Origin: Gemmatimonadales bacterium
GTDB lineage: Bacteria > Gemmatimonadota > Gemmatimonadetes > Gemmatimonadales > GWC2-71-9
Length of the DNA: 34,023 nt
Direction of reading: 5' to 3'
Assembly: GCA_035700905.1 (NCBI GenBank)
Contig: DASSOD010000158.1
Coordinates: 1-34,023 of the forward strand
The translations under genes were made by a program, and so were the position numbers. Positions 1 to 9,314 of this stretch are shown here, one piece after another. Position 1 is the first letter of the stretch; the number at the start of each line of letters is the position of its first letter. The notes below the pieces were generated by a model that did not search any database, had not been told where the DNA came from, and worked only from the letters and a program-made list of their open reading frames with translations.

Positions 1-317
1 AGCCGCACCACGCGCCACACCACCAGCCCCTCGGCGCGGAGCCGGGCCGCGTCACCCGCGGCATAGGGCCCGTGCAGTTGGGCCCCGGCGAGGCCGGTCG
101 CGTCGCGCACGCGCAGGATCTCCTCCACCGGCTCGCGCGCGAATACGCCCAACACCGGGCACCCGCCGGCGGCACGCACGACCGCGCCCGCGCGCTCCGC
201 CGTGACCCGGCGCGGCCCGCTCGCGAACACCACGCCGAGCCAGCGCGCGCCGCACGCGACCGCCGTCTCCGCATCCTCCGGACGGGTGAGCCCGCAGATC
301 TTGACCTCAGCGCCCAC
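1..317 (-). CDS. trpF: Phosphoribosylanthranilate isomerase TrpF, 5' portion (continues past the left edge of the window)
   Basis: Absent from the ORF track because no stop lies in the window. Reverse-complement translation from GTG 317..315 reads VGAEVKICGLTRPEDAETAVACGARWLGVVFASGPRRVTAERAGAVV..., the typical TrpF N-terminus (VKICG-T). The start overlaps the trpC stop (307..309) by 11 nt. It lies directly downstream of trpC. Confidence 0.8.
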   Translation of the reverse strand, partial: MGAEVKICGLTRPEDAETAVACGARWLGVVFASGPRRVTAERAGAVVRAAGGCPVLGVFAREPVEEILRVRDATGLAGAQLHGPYAAGDAARLRAEGLVVWRVVR

Positions 318-1095
318 GGCGCCGCACCCCCGCGAACGCGGCCGCCAGCGCCGTCGGGTCGTCCGCCGCGGACAGGGCCGTGCCTATTAGCACCGCGTCC
401 GCCCCGGCGGCCGCGGCACGCTCCACGTCGGCGGGCGTGGACATCCCGCTCTCGGCAACCGCAACGCGATCCGCCGGCACGCCGGCCACGAGCGCCCACG
501 CGGCGTCCACGTCGATGCGGAACGTGTCGAGGTCGCGGCTGTTGACGCCGATCACGCGCGCGTCGGACTCGAGCGCGACGTCGAGCTCCGCGCGCGCGTG
601 CACCTCGACCAGTGCGGCCAGCCCGGCACCGCGGGCGAACGCGAGCAGCTCGCGAAGCCGGTGCGGCTCGAGCGCGCGAACGATGAGCAGCACGGCCGAC
701 GCACCGGCGGCCCGGGCCTCCAGGATCTGCGCCTCGTGCAGGATGAAGTCCTTCCGAAGCACCGGCACCGGGACGGCACGGGCAACGGACTCGAGATCCT
801 TCAGCGAGCCCCCGAAGTAGGGACCATCGGTGAGCACCGAGATCGCCGCCGCCCCGGCCGCCGCGTACCGGGCCGCGCGCTCGTCCGGCCGGAGATCCAC
901 CCGGATCGCCCCGGCCGAGGGGGAGCGCCGCTTCACTTCGGCGACCAGCCCGAGCCGCGGCCCCCGAAGCCCCGCCCCGAACGGCGGGGGCACGGGCGCG
1001 CGCGCGGCCGCCGCCTCCAGCTCCCGCATGCGGGCCTGGAGGGGCGGGAGGGTGCGCCGCGTCGTGTCGAGGATTTCTGCGAGGGTCGTCGCCAC
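307..1095 (-). CDS. trpC: Indole-3-glycerol phosphate synthase
   Basis: IGPS-like along its whole length (VAEVKRRSPSAG, ISVLTD, LRKDFI, IGVNSRDL). The ORF-track start (TTG at 1176) would overlap lexA. GTG at 1095..1093 (VATTLAEILD...) gives about 262 aa, typical for TrpC. The exact start is uncertain. Confidence 0.92.
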   Translation of the reverse strand: MATTLAEILDTTRRTLPPLQARMRELEAAAARAPVPPPFGAGLRGPRLGLVAEVKRRSPSAGAIRVDLRPDERAARYAAAGAAAISVLTDGPYFGGSLKDLESVARAVPVPVLRKDFILHEAQILEARAAGASAVLLIVRALEPHRLRELLAFARGAGLAALVEVHARAELDVALESDARVIGVNSRDLDTFRIDVDAAWALVAGVPADRVAVAESGMSTPADVERAAAAGADAVLIGTALSAADDPTALAAAFAGVRRRGR

Positions 1096-1096
1096 C

Positions 1097-1125
1097 TTGC
1101 CCTTCGGCGGGTCTTCGGGTAAACT
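1097..1125 (+). promoter_or_regulatory. Candidate sigma70-type promoter for lexA (TTGCCC - 17 nt - TAAACT)
   Basis: Hexamers at 1097-1102 and 1120-1125 with a 17-nt spacer, about 38 nt upstream of the lexA ATG. Pattern match only. Confidence 0.35.
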
Positions 1126-1126
1126 A

Positions 1127-1149
1127 GTTCGGGCTCTATTCGGTCGAAC
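1127..1149 (+). promoter_or_regulatory. Candidate operator between the putative -10 and the lexA SD (possible SOS box)
   Basis: Inverted repeat GTTCG (1127-1131) / CGAAC (1145-1149). The same stretch also reads GTTC-N7-ATTC, one mismatch from the direct-repeat GTTC-N7-GTTC type of LexA box. Autoregulation of lexA is the usual rule. The motif for this lineage is not known to me. Confidence 0.2.
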
Positions 1150-1162
1150 ACCAGGAGGCGCC

Positions 1163-1771
1163 ATGCCGCTCACCAAGCGCCAGAGCGAAATCCTCAGCTA
1201 CCTGCAGTCGCACATCCAGGACCAGGGGTACGCGCCGAGCTTCGAGGAGATCGCGGAGCGGTTCGGCTTCCAGTCGCTCGCCACGGTGCACGAGCACCTC
1301 ACCAACCTCGAGCGCAAGGGATACATCCGGCGCTCCTACAACGAGAGTCGCGCCATCGAGGTTCTGCCGCCGCGCGGCACCGCGGTGGCCACCGAGATCC
1401 CGCTGCTCGGCAAGGTGGCCGCGGGCACCCCCATCGAGGCGCTCATGCAGCAGGAGACTCTCGCCGTGCCCGATTCGATGCTTCCCCGCCGCGGCCCCAA
1501 CTACGCTCTCAAGGTGGTCGGCAGCTCGATGATAGACGAGCACATTCTCGATGGCGACTTCGTCGTCGTTCACGGCAAGCAAACGGCCGAGAACGGCGAG
1601 ATGGTCATCGCGCTGGTGAACGGGTCGGAAGCCACCGTCAAGAAGTTCTACCGCGAGCCCGGCGGCTGGATCCGGCTCCAGCCGGCCAACGCCGCCATGC
1701 AGCCCATGCGCTTTCAGGAGCGCGACGTCCTGATTCAGGGCGTGGTCGTCGGGGTCATCCGCAAGTTCTGA
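1163..1771 (+). CDS. lexA: LexA repressor (SOS regulator, S24 autopeptidase)
   Basis: 202 aa. N-terminal winged helix (MPLTKRQSEILSYL...FEEIAERFG), Ala-Gly cleavage site (KVAAGTP), catalytic Ser (VVGSSM) and Lys (ATVKKF). AGGAGG at 1153-1158, 4 nt before ATG 1163. Confidence 0.95.
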   Translation: MPLTKRQSEILSYLQSHIQDQGYAPSFEEIAERFGFQSLATVHEHLTNLERKGYIRRSYNESRAIEVLPPRGTAVATEIPLLGKVAAGTPIEALMQQETLAVPDSMLPRRGPNYALKVVGSSMIDEHILDGDFVVVHGKQTAENGEMVIALVNGSEATVKKFYREPGGWIRLQPANAAMQPMRFQERDVLIQGVVVGVIRKF

Positions 1772-1777
1772 GCGCGC

Positions 1778-2842
1778 TCAGCCTGCCGTGGCAGGCGCGG
1801 CACGCCGGAGCCGCTCAAGCATTGTCCAGCCGGCCCCCGCAGCGAGCGCCTCCTCGGCCCGTCGCACGGCAGCGGCAAAGCTCACCCCCAGCCCAGCCAC
1901 GTAAAGTGCGGCAGCCGCATTGAGGACGACGGCAGCCCGCGCCGCGCCTCCCCGCCCGTTCCCGCCCCCTCGCAGAAGCCGCTCGATCTTCCGCGCGTTC
2001 TCGGCGGGATCGCCCCCGGCCAGGCCGTTCAACGCTTCGGCGCCGAGGCCGTGCGCGTCGGGGTCCACGCTCCACTCCACCACGCGACCCTCGAGCACCT
2101 CCCAGACCACGCTGGGCCCGCTCGGGCTGATCTCGTCCATCCCGACCATGCCGTGCACGACGAGTGCGTGCGCCGCGCCGAGGCGGCGCAGCGCCTCCGC
2201 GAGGAGTGGGCCGCGAACGCGGTCCGCCACGCCGATCACCTGGCGCCGTACTCCGGCCGGGTTGGCCAGCGGGCCGAGCAGGTTCATGATCGTCGGCACC
2301 CCGAGCGCCCGCCGCGCCGGGGCGACATGCCGCATCGCCGGGTGATAGTTCGGGGCGAACAAGAAGACGAGCCCCGTTTCGACCAACACCTCGGCGGCCC
2401 GCTCCGGCGGCAGCGAGATGTCCACGCCGAGCGCCTCGAGCACGTCGGCCGAACCGGAGCGGGAGGTGTAGCTCCGGTTGCCGTGCTTGGCCACCCGAAC
2501 CCCGAGCCCCGCCACCACGAATGCGGCCGCGGTGGACACGTTGATCGTCCCCACCGCCCCACCGCCCGTGCCGCAGGTGTCCACCAGCGTCTCCGGCGCA
2601 TCCGCCCGGAGCTGCAGCATGGCCCCGCGGAGCGCGGCGGCGGCGCCCGCGATTTCCTCTGCGGTCTCGCCCTTGGCCCGGAGGCCCATCAGCAGCGCCG
2701 AGATCTGGAGGTCGCTCGCTTCGCCCCGCATCACGGCGCCGAACGCGGCCGCCGCCTCGTCCGCGGTGAGCGAGGCGCCTTCGGCCAAGCGCCCGAGGGC
2801 GTAGGCGACGGCGGTCGGGGGTTTCGCGGCGGCTAGCGTCAC
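1778..2842 (-). CDS. trpD: Anthranilate phosphoribosyltransferase
   Basis: TrpD motifs LVDTCGTGGG, KHGNRS, FLFAPNYHPAM. The ORF-track N-terminal 95 aa are non-homologous and low complexity. GTG at 2842..2840 (VTLAAAKPP...) gives about 354 aa. Confidence 0.92.
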   Translation of the reverse strand: MTLAAAKPPTAVAYALGRLAEGASLTADEAAAAFGAVMRGEASDLQISALLMGLRAKGETAEEIAGAAAALRGAMLQLRADAPETLVDTCGTGGGAVGTINVSTAAAFVVAGLGVRVAKHGNRSYTSRSGSADVLEALGVDISLPPERAAEVLVETGLVFLFAPNYHPAMRHVAPARRALGVPTIMNLLGPLANPAGVRRQVIGVADRVRGPLLAEALRRLGAAHALVVHGMVGMDEISPSGPSVVWEVLEGRVVEWSVDPDAHGLGAEALNGLAGGDPAENARKIERLLRGGGNGRGGAARAAVVLNAAAALYVAGLGVSFAAAVRRAEEALAAGAGWTMLERLRRAAPATAG

Positions 2843-2883
2843 GGGCTGCGGCGGGTCGGGGGGCGTGGGCCTGGTGGTGAAAA

Positions 2884-2913
2884 ATGGTATCGTGCGAGAG
2901 GCCGTTTTGTCAA
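2884..2913 (-). promoter_or_regulatory. Candidate promoter for trpD (TTGACA - 18 nt - TACCAT on the minus strand)
   Basis: Reverse complement of 2908-2913 is TTGACA and of 2884-2889 is TACCAT. It lies in the relatively AT-rich trpD/truA divergent spacer and overlaps the inverted repeat TTGTC-N6-GACAA (2907-2922). Confidence 0.3.
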
Positions 2914-2935
2914 TTGCGACAAGGATTTGCGCAGC

Positions 2936-2964
2936 TTGCTCGGGGGGGTCTCGCGGACTAGATT
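2936..2964 (+). promoter_or_regulatory. Candidate promoter for truA and the downstream gene array (TTGCTC - 17 nt - TAGATT)
   Basis: The -10-like hexamer ends 8 nt before the truA ATG (2973) and there is no SD in between. This would give a leaderless or near-leaderless mRNA. Confidence 0.4.
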
Positions 2965-2972
2965 CCGGGCCG

Positions 2973-3779
2973 ATGCTCCAGACCTTCCTCGCCACGCTGC
3001 AGTTCGATGGCGGCCGGTTCGTGGGTTGGCAGCGCCAGCCTTCCGGACGCACGGTGCAGGCCGAGGTCGAGCGAGTGCTGGAGCGCCTCACCGGGCATCG
3101 GGTGGTCGCGCACGCGTCGGGCCGCACCGACGCCGGCGTTCACGCGCTCGGGCTGGGCGTGAGCTTCGCGCTCCCCTCCAAGTGGGCTCCCGACGCCCTC
3201 CGCCGCGCCCTCAATGCCCTCCTCCCCAACGATTGCTGGGCCGCCGCGGTGCACCGGATGCGTCCGGGGTTCCACGCCCGCAAGAGTGCCGTCTCCCGCC
3301 GCTACCGGTACGACGTGGGCACCGACGACGCCAGCGCCTCGCCCTTCCGCCGCCCGTTCGAATGGTCGCTCGGCCGGCCGCTCGACCGCGCCCTGCTCCG
3401 CGTCACCGCCGCAAGCATCCTCGGCGAGCGTGACTTCCAGGCGTTCGCGGCCAAGGGCCAGGAGAAGCCGCACTACCGCTGCCGCGTGTCGCTGGCCCAG
3501 TGGCGGGATCGCGAGGCCGACCGCGGGGTAGCCTTTCACGTGGAGGCGGACCGCTTCCTGCACCACATGGTGCGCATGCTGGTCGGCACCATGGTGGACA
3601 TCGGACTCGGCCGGCGCCCGCTCGGCGACATGGCGGCGCTGCTCCAGCGGGGCGACAACCTGCAGACCAGCCCGCCGGCGCCGCCTCAGGGCCTCTACTT
3701 CGTCGCGGCCACCTATCCGGCCGAGTGCTACCTCGAGGCCGACGCCGCTCCAGCCGCGCTGGGCGCGACTGCCCGATGA
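2973..3779 (+). CDS. truA: tRNA pseudouridine(38-40) synthase
   Basis: MLQTFLATLQFDGGRFVGWQRQ... N-terminus typical of TruA; catalytic-Asp motif GRTDAGVHA. The ORF-track extension from 2865 is not TruA-like. Confidence 0.92.
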   Translation: MLQTFLATLQFDGGRFVGWQRQPSGRTVQAEVERVLERLTGHRVVAHASGRTDAGVHALGLGVSFALPSKWAPDALRRALNALLPNDCWAAAVHRMRPGFHARKSAVSRRYRYDVGTDDASASPFRRPFEWSLGRPLDRALLRVTAASILGERDFQAFAAKGQEKPHYRCRVSLAQWRDREADRGVAFHVEADRFLHHMVRMLVGTMVDIGLGRRPLGDMAALLQRGDNLQTSPPAPPQGLYFVAATYPAECYLEADAAPAALGATAR

Positions 3780-5203
3780 GACGCACGCTGCTCGCGCTCG
3801 CGCTGCTGCTCGCCGCCTGCGGGGACCGCGCGAACGGCGGCATCGGCGTCCCGGCGAGCGCGGCTCAGGGCGCCCGGGACGCGCGGCCGCCCGCCCCCGC
3901 GGTTGCCGCGGCTCAGGACGGCATCGCCGCGAGCCGCCGCACCGCGCTGGTCGAGGCGACCCGGCGGGTCGCGCCGGCGGTGGTATCCATCCACGGATTC
4001 AGCCGGCAGCGCGTCACGCCGCGCACCCCGTGGGATCTCTTCTTCGTGCCGGAGAACGCCGAGCGCGTCGTCGAGGGCTACGGCACCGGCTTCATCATCC
4101 GGCCGAACGGCAGCATCCTCACCAACCAGCACGTGGTGGCCAATGCCGAGCGCCTGATCGTCACCCTGGCCGACGGCACCGACCTGCCGGCGCGCGTGCT
4201 GGGTGAAGACCCGCTCACCGACGTCGCCGTGCTCAAGGTGGAACGAAACGGGCTTCCCACCGTGCCGCTCGGGCACAGCACCGACCTGATGATCGGCGAG
4301 TGGGTGGTCGCCCTGGGGAATCCGTTCGCGTACCTGCTGGGCAACTCCGAGCCGACGGTCACCGTGGGCGTCGTGAGCGCCACCGGCCGGAACATCCTGC
4401 CCAGCGGCGACCAGCCGGGCATGTACCTGGACATGATCCAGACCGACGCCGCGATCAATCCGGGAAACTCCGGCGGCCCGCTCACCAACGCGCTGGGCGA
4501 GGTGGTCGGCGTCAACTCCTCCATTCTCTCGAGCACCGGCAGCTCCATCGGGCTCGGCTTCGCCATTCCGATCGAGCGCGCGCTCGACGTGGCGGACGCC
4601 ATCATCCGCACCGGGCAGGTGCGGCGCGCCTGGACGGGACTCGAGGTGGAGGGCGCGAGCGGAATGGAGAACTGGAAGAGCGTGGGCGGGGTCACCGTGG
4701 CATCCGTGGCGCCGGATGGCCCGGCCGCGCGCGCCGGGCTCAAGCCGGGCGACGTGCTGGTGCAGGCGGGCGGGCGGCGGCTGCGGAACTACCTCGACTG
4801 GGAGGCCGTCAAGCTCGATCTTCACGTGGGCGACGCCGTGGACCTCACGGTGCGCCAGCAGGGGAAAACCGGCACCCGGCGCCTGGTCACCGGCGATCTC
4901 CCCACCGTCGCGGCCGAGAAGGTCACGGTGCTGCGGGATCTGCAGCTGGTGAACGTCACGCCGGCGGTCCAGGCGGAGCGGAACATCCGGAGCGAGCACG
5001 GCGCGCTGATCTTCAACCTGTCGCCCGCGGTGGGCCGGGCGACGGGGCTGCAGGAAGGCGACGTGATCGTCGCGATCAACCGGACGCTGGTGCGGAGCGC
5101 GGGTGAGGTGGGCAAGCTCCTCACCGCCCGCTCGGGCGTTCCGGCGCGGGTCTACTTCGAGCGGGACGGGCGCATCAACTTCACCGACCTGGTGTTCCGA
5201 TGA
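3776..5203 (+). CDS. htrA: HtrA/DegP-family periplasmic serine protease with PDZ region, probable lipoprotein
   Basis: Signal plus lipobox MRRTLLALALLLAAC. Catalytic triad contexts TNQHVV, TDVAVLKV, GNSGGPL. PDZ-like C-terminal half. The ATG overlaps the truA stop (ATGA at 3776-3779). Confidence 0.92.
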   Translation: MRRTLLALALLLAACGDRANGGIGVPASAAQGARDARPPAPAVAAAQDGIAASRRTALVEATRRVAPAVVSIHGFSRQRVTPRTPWDLFFVPENAERVVEGYGTGFIIRPNGSILTNQHVVANAERLIVTLADGTDLPARVLGEDPLTDVAVLKVERNGLPTVPLGHSTDLMIGEWVVALGNPFAYLLGNSEPTVTVGVVSATGRNILPSGDQPGMYLDMIQTDAAINPGNSGGPLTNALGEVVGVNSSILSSTGSSIGLGFAIPIERALDVADAIIRTGQVRRAWTGLEVEGASGMENWKSVGGVTVASVAPDGPAARAGLKPGDVLVQAGGRRLRNYLDWEAVKLDLHVGDAVDLTVRQQGKTGTRRLVTGDLPTVAAEKVTVLRDLQLVNVTPAVQAERNIRSEHGALIFNLSPAVGRATGLQEGDVIVAINRTLVRSAGEVGKLLTARSGVPARVYFERDGRINFTDLVFR

Positions 5204-6639
5204 GCGACGAGCGCTGGCGTTCCCCTCTCGGCACCCGCTACGCCTCGCCGGCCATGCAGACGCTCTGGGGCGAGGCGCGCCGGATCGGGCTCTGGCGCCG
5301 GCTCTGGCTCGCGTTGGCGGAGAGCGAGCGCGAGCTCGGGCTCGACATCCCCGCCGCGGCGCTCGCGGAGATGCGCGCGCACCTGGACGACGCCGACCTC
5401 GGCGCGGCGGCCCGCTACGAGCGGCGCTTCCGGCACGACGTGATGGCCCACATCCACGCGTTCGGCGACCAGGCCCCGGCGGCGCGGCCCTTCATCCACC
5501 TCGGCGCCACCAGCGCGTTCGTGACGGACAACGCCGACCTGATCGTCATGCGCGATGGGCTCCGCCTCCTCCTCGGGCGCCTGCTCGCGGTGCTCAGCGC
5601 GCTGGAGCGGTTCGCGCGGCGCCAGGCTTCGGTGCCCTGCCTGGCGTACACCCACTTCCAGCCGGCGCAGCTTACGACCGTCGGGAAGCGCGCCGTGCTC
5701 TGGATGGAGGATTTTGCCGCCGACGTCGAGGAGCTCTCCCGCCGCATCGAGACGATGCGCATGCGGGGCTGTAAGGGCACCACGGGCACGCAGGCGTCCT
5801 TCCTCGAGCTCTTCGGCGGGGATCACGCGCGGGTGCGCGAGCTGGACCGCCGGGTTGCGGCCAAGATGGGCTTCTCGCGCGTCTTCGCCGCCACGGGTCA
5901 GACGTATCCCCGAAAGCAGGACAGCGTGGTGCTCGACGCGCTCAGCGGCGTGGCACAGTCCGCGGCCAAGATGGCCACCGATCTCCGCCTGCTGCAGCAC
6001 GAGGGCGAGGTGCTCGAGCCGTTCGAGAGCGAGCAAATCGGCTCGAGCGCCATGGCCTACAAGCGCAATCCCATGCGGGCGGAGCGGATCTGCAGCCTGG
6101 CGCGGTTCGTCATCGCGCTGCAGGCCAATGGGGCGCAGACGGCGGCCAATCAGTGGCTCGAGCGCACGCTGGACGACAGCGCCAACCGGCGCCTGGCGCT
6201 TCCCGAGGCGTTCCTCGGCGCCGACGCCATCCTGGTGCTGGCCACCAACGTCGCGGCCGGACTCGAGGTGCGCGAGGAGGTGGTCCGGGCCCACGTCGCG
6301 GCGCAGATGCCGTTCATGGCCACTGAGCGCTGGCTCATGCTTGGCGTACGGAGCGGGGGCGACCGGCAAACGCTGCACGAGGTGGTGCGGCGTCACAGCC
6401 TCGCGGTGGCCGAGGCGTGCTCCCGCGGCGCGCCCAACGACCTGCTGGACCGCCTCGCGGCGGATCCCGCCTTCCGCGGGGTGCCGGCGGACGCGCTCCG
6501 CGCCGAGCTTGACCCCGCCGGCTACACCGGACGCGCGCCGGAGCAGGTGAGCGAGTTCCTCGACGAGTACCTCCACCCGCTGCTCGCGCGCGCGCAGCCC
6601 CTCGCGGCGGAGCCGGAGGCGGCGGAGGTGGGCGTATGA
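5200..6639 (+). CDS. purB: Adenylosuccinate lyase
   Basis: Full-length PurB-like sequence with the fumarate-lyase signature [15 protein letters not shown] overlap with htrA. Confidence 0.95.
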   Translation: MSDERWRSPLGTRYASPAMQTLWGEARRIGLWRRLWLALAESERELGLDIPAAALAEMRAHLDDADLGAAARYERRFRHDVMAHIHAFGDQAPAARPFIHLGATSAFVTDNADLIVMRDGLRLLLGRLLAVLSALERFARRQASVPCLAYTHFQPAQLTTVGKRAVLWMEDFAADVEELSRRIETMRMRGCKGTTGTQASFLELFGGDHARVRELDRRVAAKMGFSRVFAATGQTYPRKQDSVVLDALSGVAQSAAKMATDLRLLQHEGEVLEPFESEQIGSSAMAYKRNPMRAERICSLARFVIALQANGAQTAANQWLERTLDDSANRRLALPEAFLGADAILVLATNVAAGLEVREEVVRAHVAAQMPFMATERWLMLGVRSGGDRQTLHEVVRRHSLAVAEACSRGAPNDLLDRLAADPAFRGVPADALRAELDPAGYTGRAPEQVSEFLDEYLHPLLARAQPLAAEPEAAEVGV

Positions 6640-7556
6640 CGACGCTCGCGCAAAGCGCGCTCCCGCTCCCCCTGCTCCGGCGAGGCAAGGTGCGCGAGGT
6701 GTACGAGGTGGACCGGGAGCATCTGCTCCTCCTCGCGAGCGACCGGGTGAGCGCGTTCGACGTCGTGATGCGCGAGGCCATCCCGCGGAAGGGGGCCGTG
6801 CTCACCCAGATCAGCGCCTTCTGGTTCGACCGGCTCCGCGACGCCTTTCCCTCGCACTATCTCACGGCCGCCGCGGATCGCATCCTGGAGCGGATCCCGT
6901 CGCTCGCGCCGTATCGCGGCCAGCTCGCCGGGCGCGCCATGCTGGTGCGCCGGACCACGCCGGTGCCGTTCGAGTGCGTCGTTCGGGGCTACCTGGCGGG
7001 GTCGGCCTGGGCCGAGTACGCGGCGCGCGGGACGCTCGCGGGCGAGCCGCTTCCGCAGGGGCTGGTCGAGAGCGGGCAACTCCCGGAGCCGATCTTCTCG
7101 CCGGCCACCAAGGCCGAGCACGGGCACGACGAGAACGTGCCGTTCGGCGCGGTGGAGCGCGCGCTCGGCCCCGACGCCGCGCGACGGCTGCGCGAGGCGA
7201 GCCTCGCGCTCTACGAGGCGGGCCGCGCCCACGCCGGGCGGCGGGGCATCATCATCGCGGACACGAAGTTCGAGTTCGGCGTGGATGGCGGCGGGACGCT
7301 CCGGCTCATCGACGAGGTGCTGACGCCGGACTCGTCCCGCTTCTGGCCCGCCGCCGAGTACGCGCCGGGCCGACCGCAGCCGAGCTTCGACAAGCAGCCG
7401 CTCCGGGACTACCTCGCGTCGCTCCGCGCGGCCGGCCGCTGGAACGGCGAGGCGCCGCCGCCGCCGTTGCCGCCCGATGTGGTCGAGGCCACGAGCCGGC
7501 GGTACCTCGAGGCCTTCCGCCGCCTCACGGGGCGCGAGCTCGAGGCGGAGGCATGA
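6636..7556 (+). CDS. purC: Phosphoribosylaminoimidazole-succinocarboxamide (SAICAR) synthase
   Basis: [13 protein letters not shown]..., [18 protein letters not shown] motifs. ATGA overlap with purB. Confidence 0.95.
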   Translation: MTTLAQSALPLPLLRRGKVREVYEVDREHLLLLASDRVSAFDVVMREAIPRKGAVLTQISAFWFDRLRDAFPSHYLTAAADRILERIPSLAPYRGQLAGRAMLVRRTTPVPFECVVRGYLAGSAWAEYAARGTLAGEPLPQGLVESGQLPEPIFSPATKAEHGHDENVPFGAVERALGPDAARRLREASLALYEAGRAHAGRRGIIIADTKFEFGVDGGGTLRLIDEVLTPDSSRFWPAAEYAPGRPQPSFDKQPLRDYLASLRAAGRWNGEAPPPPLPPDVVEATSRRYLEAFRRLTGRELEAEA

Positions 7557-8182
7557 TCCGGTTCGCGCCCGAGGGCCGCCCGTTCATCGCCGTCGCGTGG
7601 ATCGTGGCGCTGGTGCTCGCGGCGCTCGGATGGTGGCTCCCGTTCGTCCTGTGGCTGCCGCTCGCGCTTTGGGTCCCCCTGTTCTTCCGCGATCCCGAGC
7701 GGCGCTGGCGCCTGGGCGCGGACGTGCTGCTCGCCCCGGCGGACGGGCGGGTGGTGCAGGTGGCCGAAGTGGAGGAGCCGGCGTTCATCGGCGCGCCGGC
7801 GACGCTGATCTCGATCTTCATGAACGTGTTCGACTGCCACGTGAACCGGTACCCGGCCGAGGGCGTGGTGGCCTACCGTCAGTACAATCCGGGCAAGTTC
7901 ATGCACGCGGCGGCCGAAAAATCGAGCCTCGAGAACGAGCAATCGTCCGTTGGACTCGAGACCCCGCGCGGCCGGATCCTCATCCGCCAGATCGCGGGCC
8001 TGGTGGCACGGCGGATCGTCACCGATCACACCGTCGGCACGCCCGTCCGCCAGGGGCAGCGGCTGGGGATGATCCGGTTCGGCTCGCGGGTGGACCTCTT
8101 TCTGCCGCGGGGGACGCGGACGCTGGTCAAGGTGGGAGACCGCACCCTCGTCGGCATCACGGCGGTGGCCCAATGGAACTGA
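7553..8182 (+). CDS. psd: Phosphatidylserine decarboxylase proenzyme (short form)
   Basis: 209 aa. N-terminal membrane helices and the self-cleavage site context FGSRVD near the C-terminus. ATGA overlap with the purC stop. Confidence 0.88.
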   Translation: MIRFAPEGRPFIAVAWIVALVLAALGWWLPFVLWLPLALWVPLFFRDPERRWRLGADVLLAPADGRVVQVAEVEEPAFIGAPATLISIFMNVFDCHVNRYPAEGVVAYRQYNPGKFMHAAAEKSSLENEQSSVGLETPRGRILIRQIAGLVARRIVTDHTVGTPVRQGQRLGMIRFGSRVDLFLPRGTRTLVKVGDRTLVGITAVAQWN

Positions 8183-9066
8183 TTCCACGACGGAGCGGCG
8201 GCATTCCGCGGCCGGACATGCGCCGGGTGGTCGTCGTCATGCCGAGCGCCTTCACGCTCGGCAACCTCTTCTTCGGGTTCTGGTCCATCGTTTCCGCGTT
8301 CAACGGCAACTTCCGCTGGGCCGGCTGGTTCATCGTGTTCGCCGGCATCCTGGACATGCTGGACGGGCGCGTCGCCCGGCTCTCCAACACCAACAGCAAG
8401 TTCGGGGCGGAGCTCGACTCGCTGGTGGACGTGATCTCGTTCGGCGTCGCGCCGGCGCTCCTCATGTACTTCCTCGAGTTCGCGTCGGGCGGGCGCTTCG
8501 GCTGGGTGCTGTGCTACGCGTACGTGGTCGCGGTGGCGCTCCGGCTCGCCCGCTACAACGTGCTCGCGGCCACGCACTCGGGGACCCCCGGGTGGTTCAC
8601 CGGGATGCCGTCCCCCGCGGCGGGAATGACGCTCGCCGTGTACTACCCGTTCAGCCAGACCGAGTGGTACCGGCGCTCGCTCGCCTACCTCGACCTGCAG
8701 CACCAGGGCCTCGTCGTCCTGATCCTGCTGCTGTCGGTCCTGATGGTGAGCAACGTGAAGTATCCCCGCTTCCCGCGCATCGGGATAAGATCTGCACGCG
8801 GGCTGGTGGGGCTGGCGGTGCACCTCGCCATCCTTCTCGGCGGGCTGCTCGCGCCCGACTCGGTGTTGTTCCCGCTCGGCCTCGCGTACATGCTCTTCGG
8901 CGTGCTGCGGGCCCTGCTGCTCGGGCTGATGGAGCGCGGCGAGCCCGACGTGGAGATGGGCCCGGAGCAGCCCGTGGGCGAGGCCGAGCTCGCATCCGTG
9001 GAGCCGCCACCCGTGGCTCGGGAGCGGCGCCGCATCTGGGGAGACCGCCGCCAGGAGCCGGAATGA
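8173..9066 (+). CDS. pssA: CDP-diacylglycerol--serine O-phosphatidyltransferase
   Basis: CDP-alcohol phosphatidyltransferase motif [23 protein letters not shown] (D-G-x2-A-R-x8-G-x3-D-x3-D) and multiple TM helices. ATG 8173 overlaps psd by 10 nt. An alternative ATG lies at 8218. Confidence 0.88.
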   Translation: MELIPRRSGGIPRPDMRRVVVVMPSAFTLGNLFFGFWSIVSAFNGNFRWAGWFIVFAGILDMLDGRVARLSNTNSKFGAELDSLVDVISFGVAPALLMYFLEFASGGRFGWVLCYAYVVAVALRLARYNVLAATHSGTPGWFTGMPSPAAGMTLAVYYPFSQTEWYRRSLAYLDLQHQGLVVLILLLSVLMVSNVKYPRFPRIGIRSARGLVGLAVHLAILLGGLLAPDSVLFPLGLAYMLFGVLRALLLGLMERGEPDVEMGPEQPVGEAELASVEPPPVARERRRIWGDRRQEPE

Positions 9067-9314
9067 CGTTTCGGGTGCACGTACGGGTGATGCCCCGCAC
9101 GGGGCTGCTGGACCCGCAGGGGCAGGCGGTGGAGCACGCGCTCGCCGCGCTCGGATTCGCCGAAGCGGACGCGGTACGGGTGGGCCGCGCGATCGAGCTG
9201 GACGTGACCGCCGCGTCCCGCGACGAGGCGGTCACCCGGGCGCGGCTCATGTGCGAGAGGCTCCTCGCCAACCCGGTCACCGAGCAATTCTCGGTGGAAG
9301 TGGAGGACGACTGA
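9063..9314 (+). CDS. purS: FGAM synthase subunit PurS
   Basis: 83 aa, [27 protein letters not shown]... typical of PurS. ATGA overlap with pssA. Followed by purQ. Confidence 0.92.
   Translation: MTFRVHVRVMPRTGLLDPQGQAVEHALAALGFAEADAVRVGRAIELDVTAASRDEAVTRARLMCERLLANPVTEQFSVEVEDD

Noticed and set aside
52-255. 67-aa minus-strand ORF at the left edge.
   Set aside because: It is an Arg/Gly-rich artefact. A different minus-strand frame across the same DNA encodes a clear TrpF N-terminus.
2907-2922. TTGTC-N6-GACAA inverted repeat in the trpD/truA spacer, as a possible trp operator.
   Set aside because: The arms are only 5 bp. It overlaps the putative trpD -35, so it may simply be promoter sequence. 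No second copy occurs in the window.
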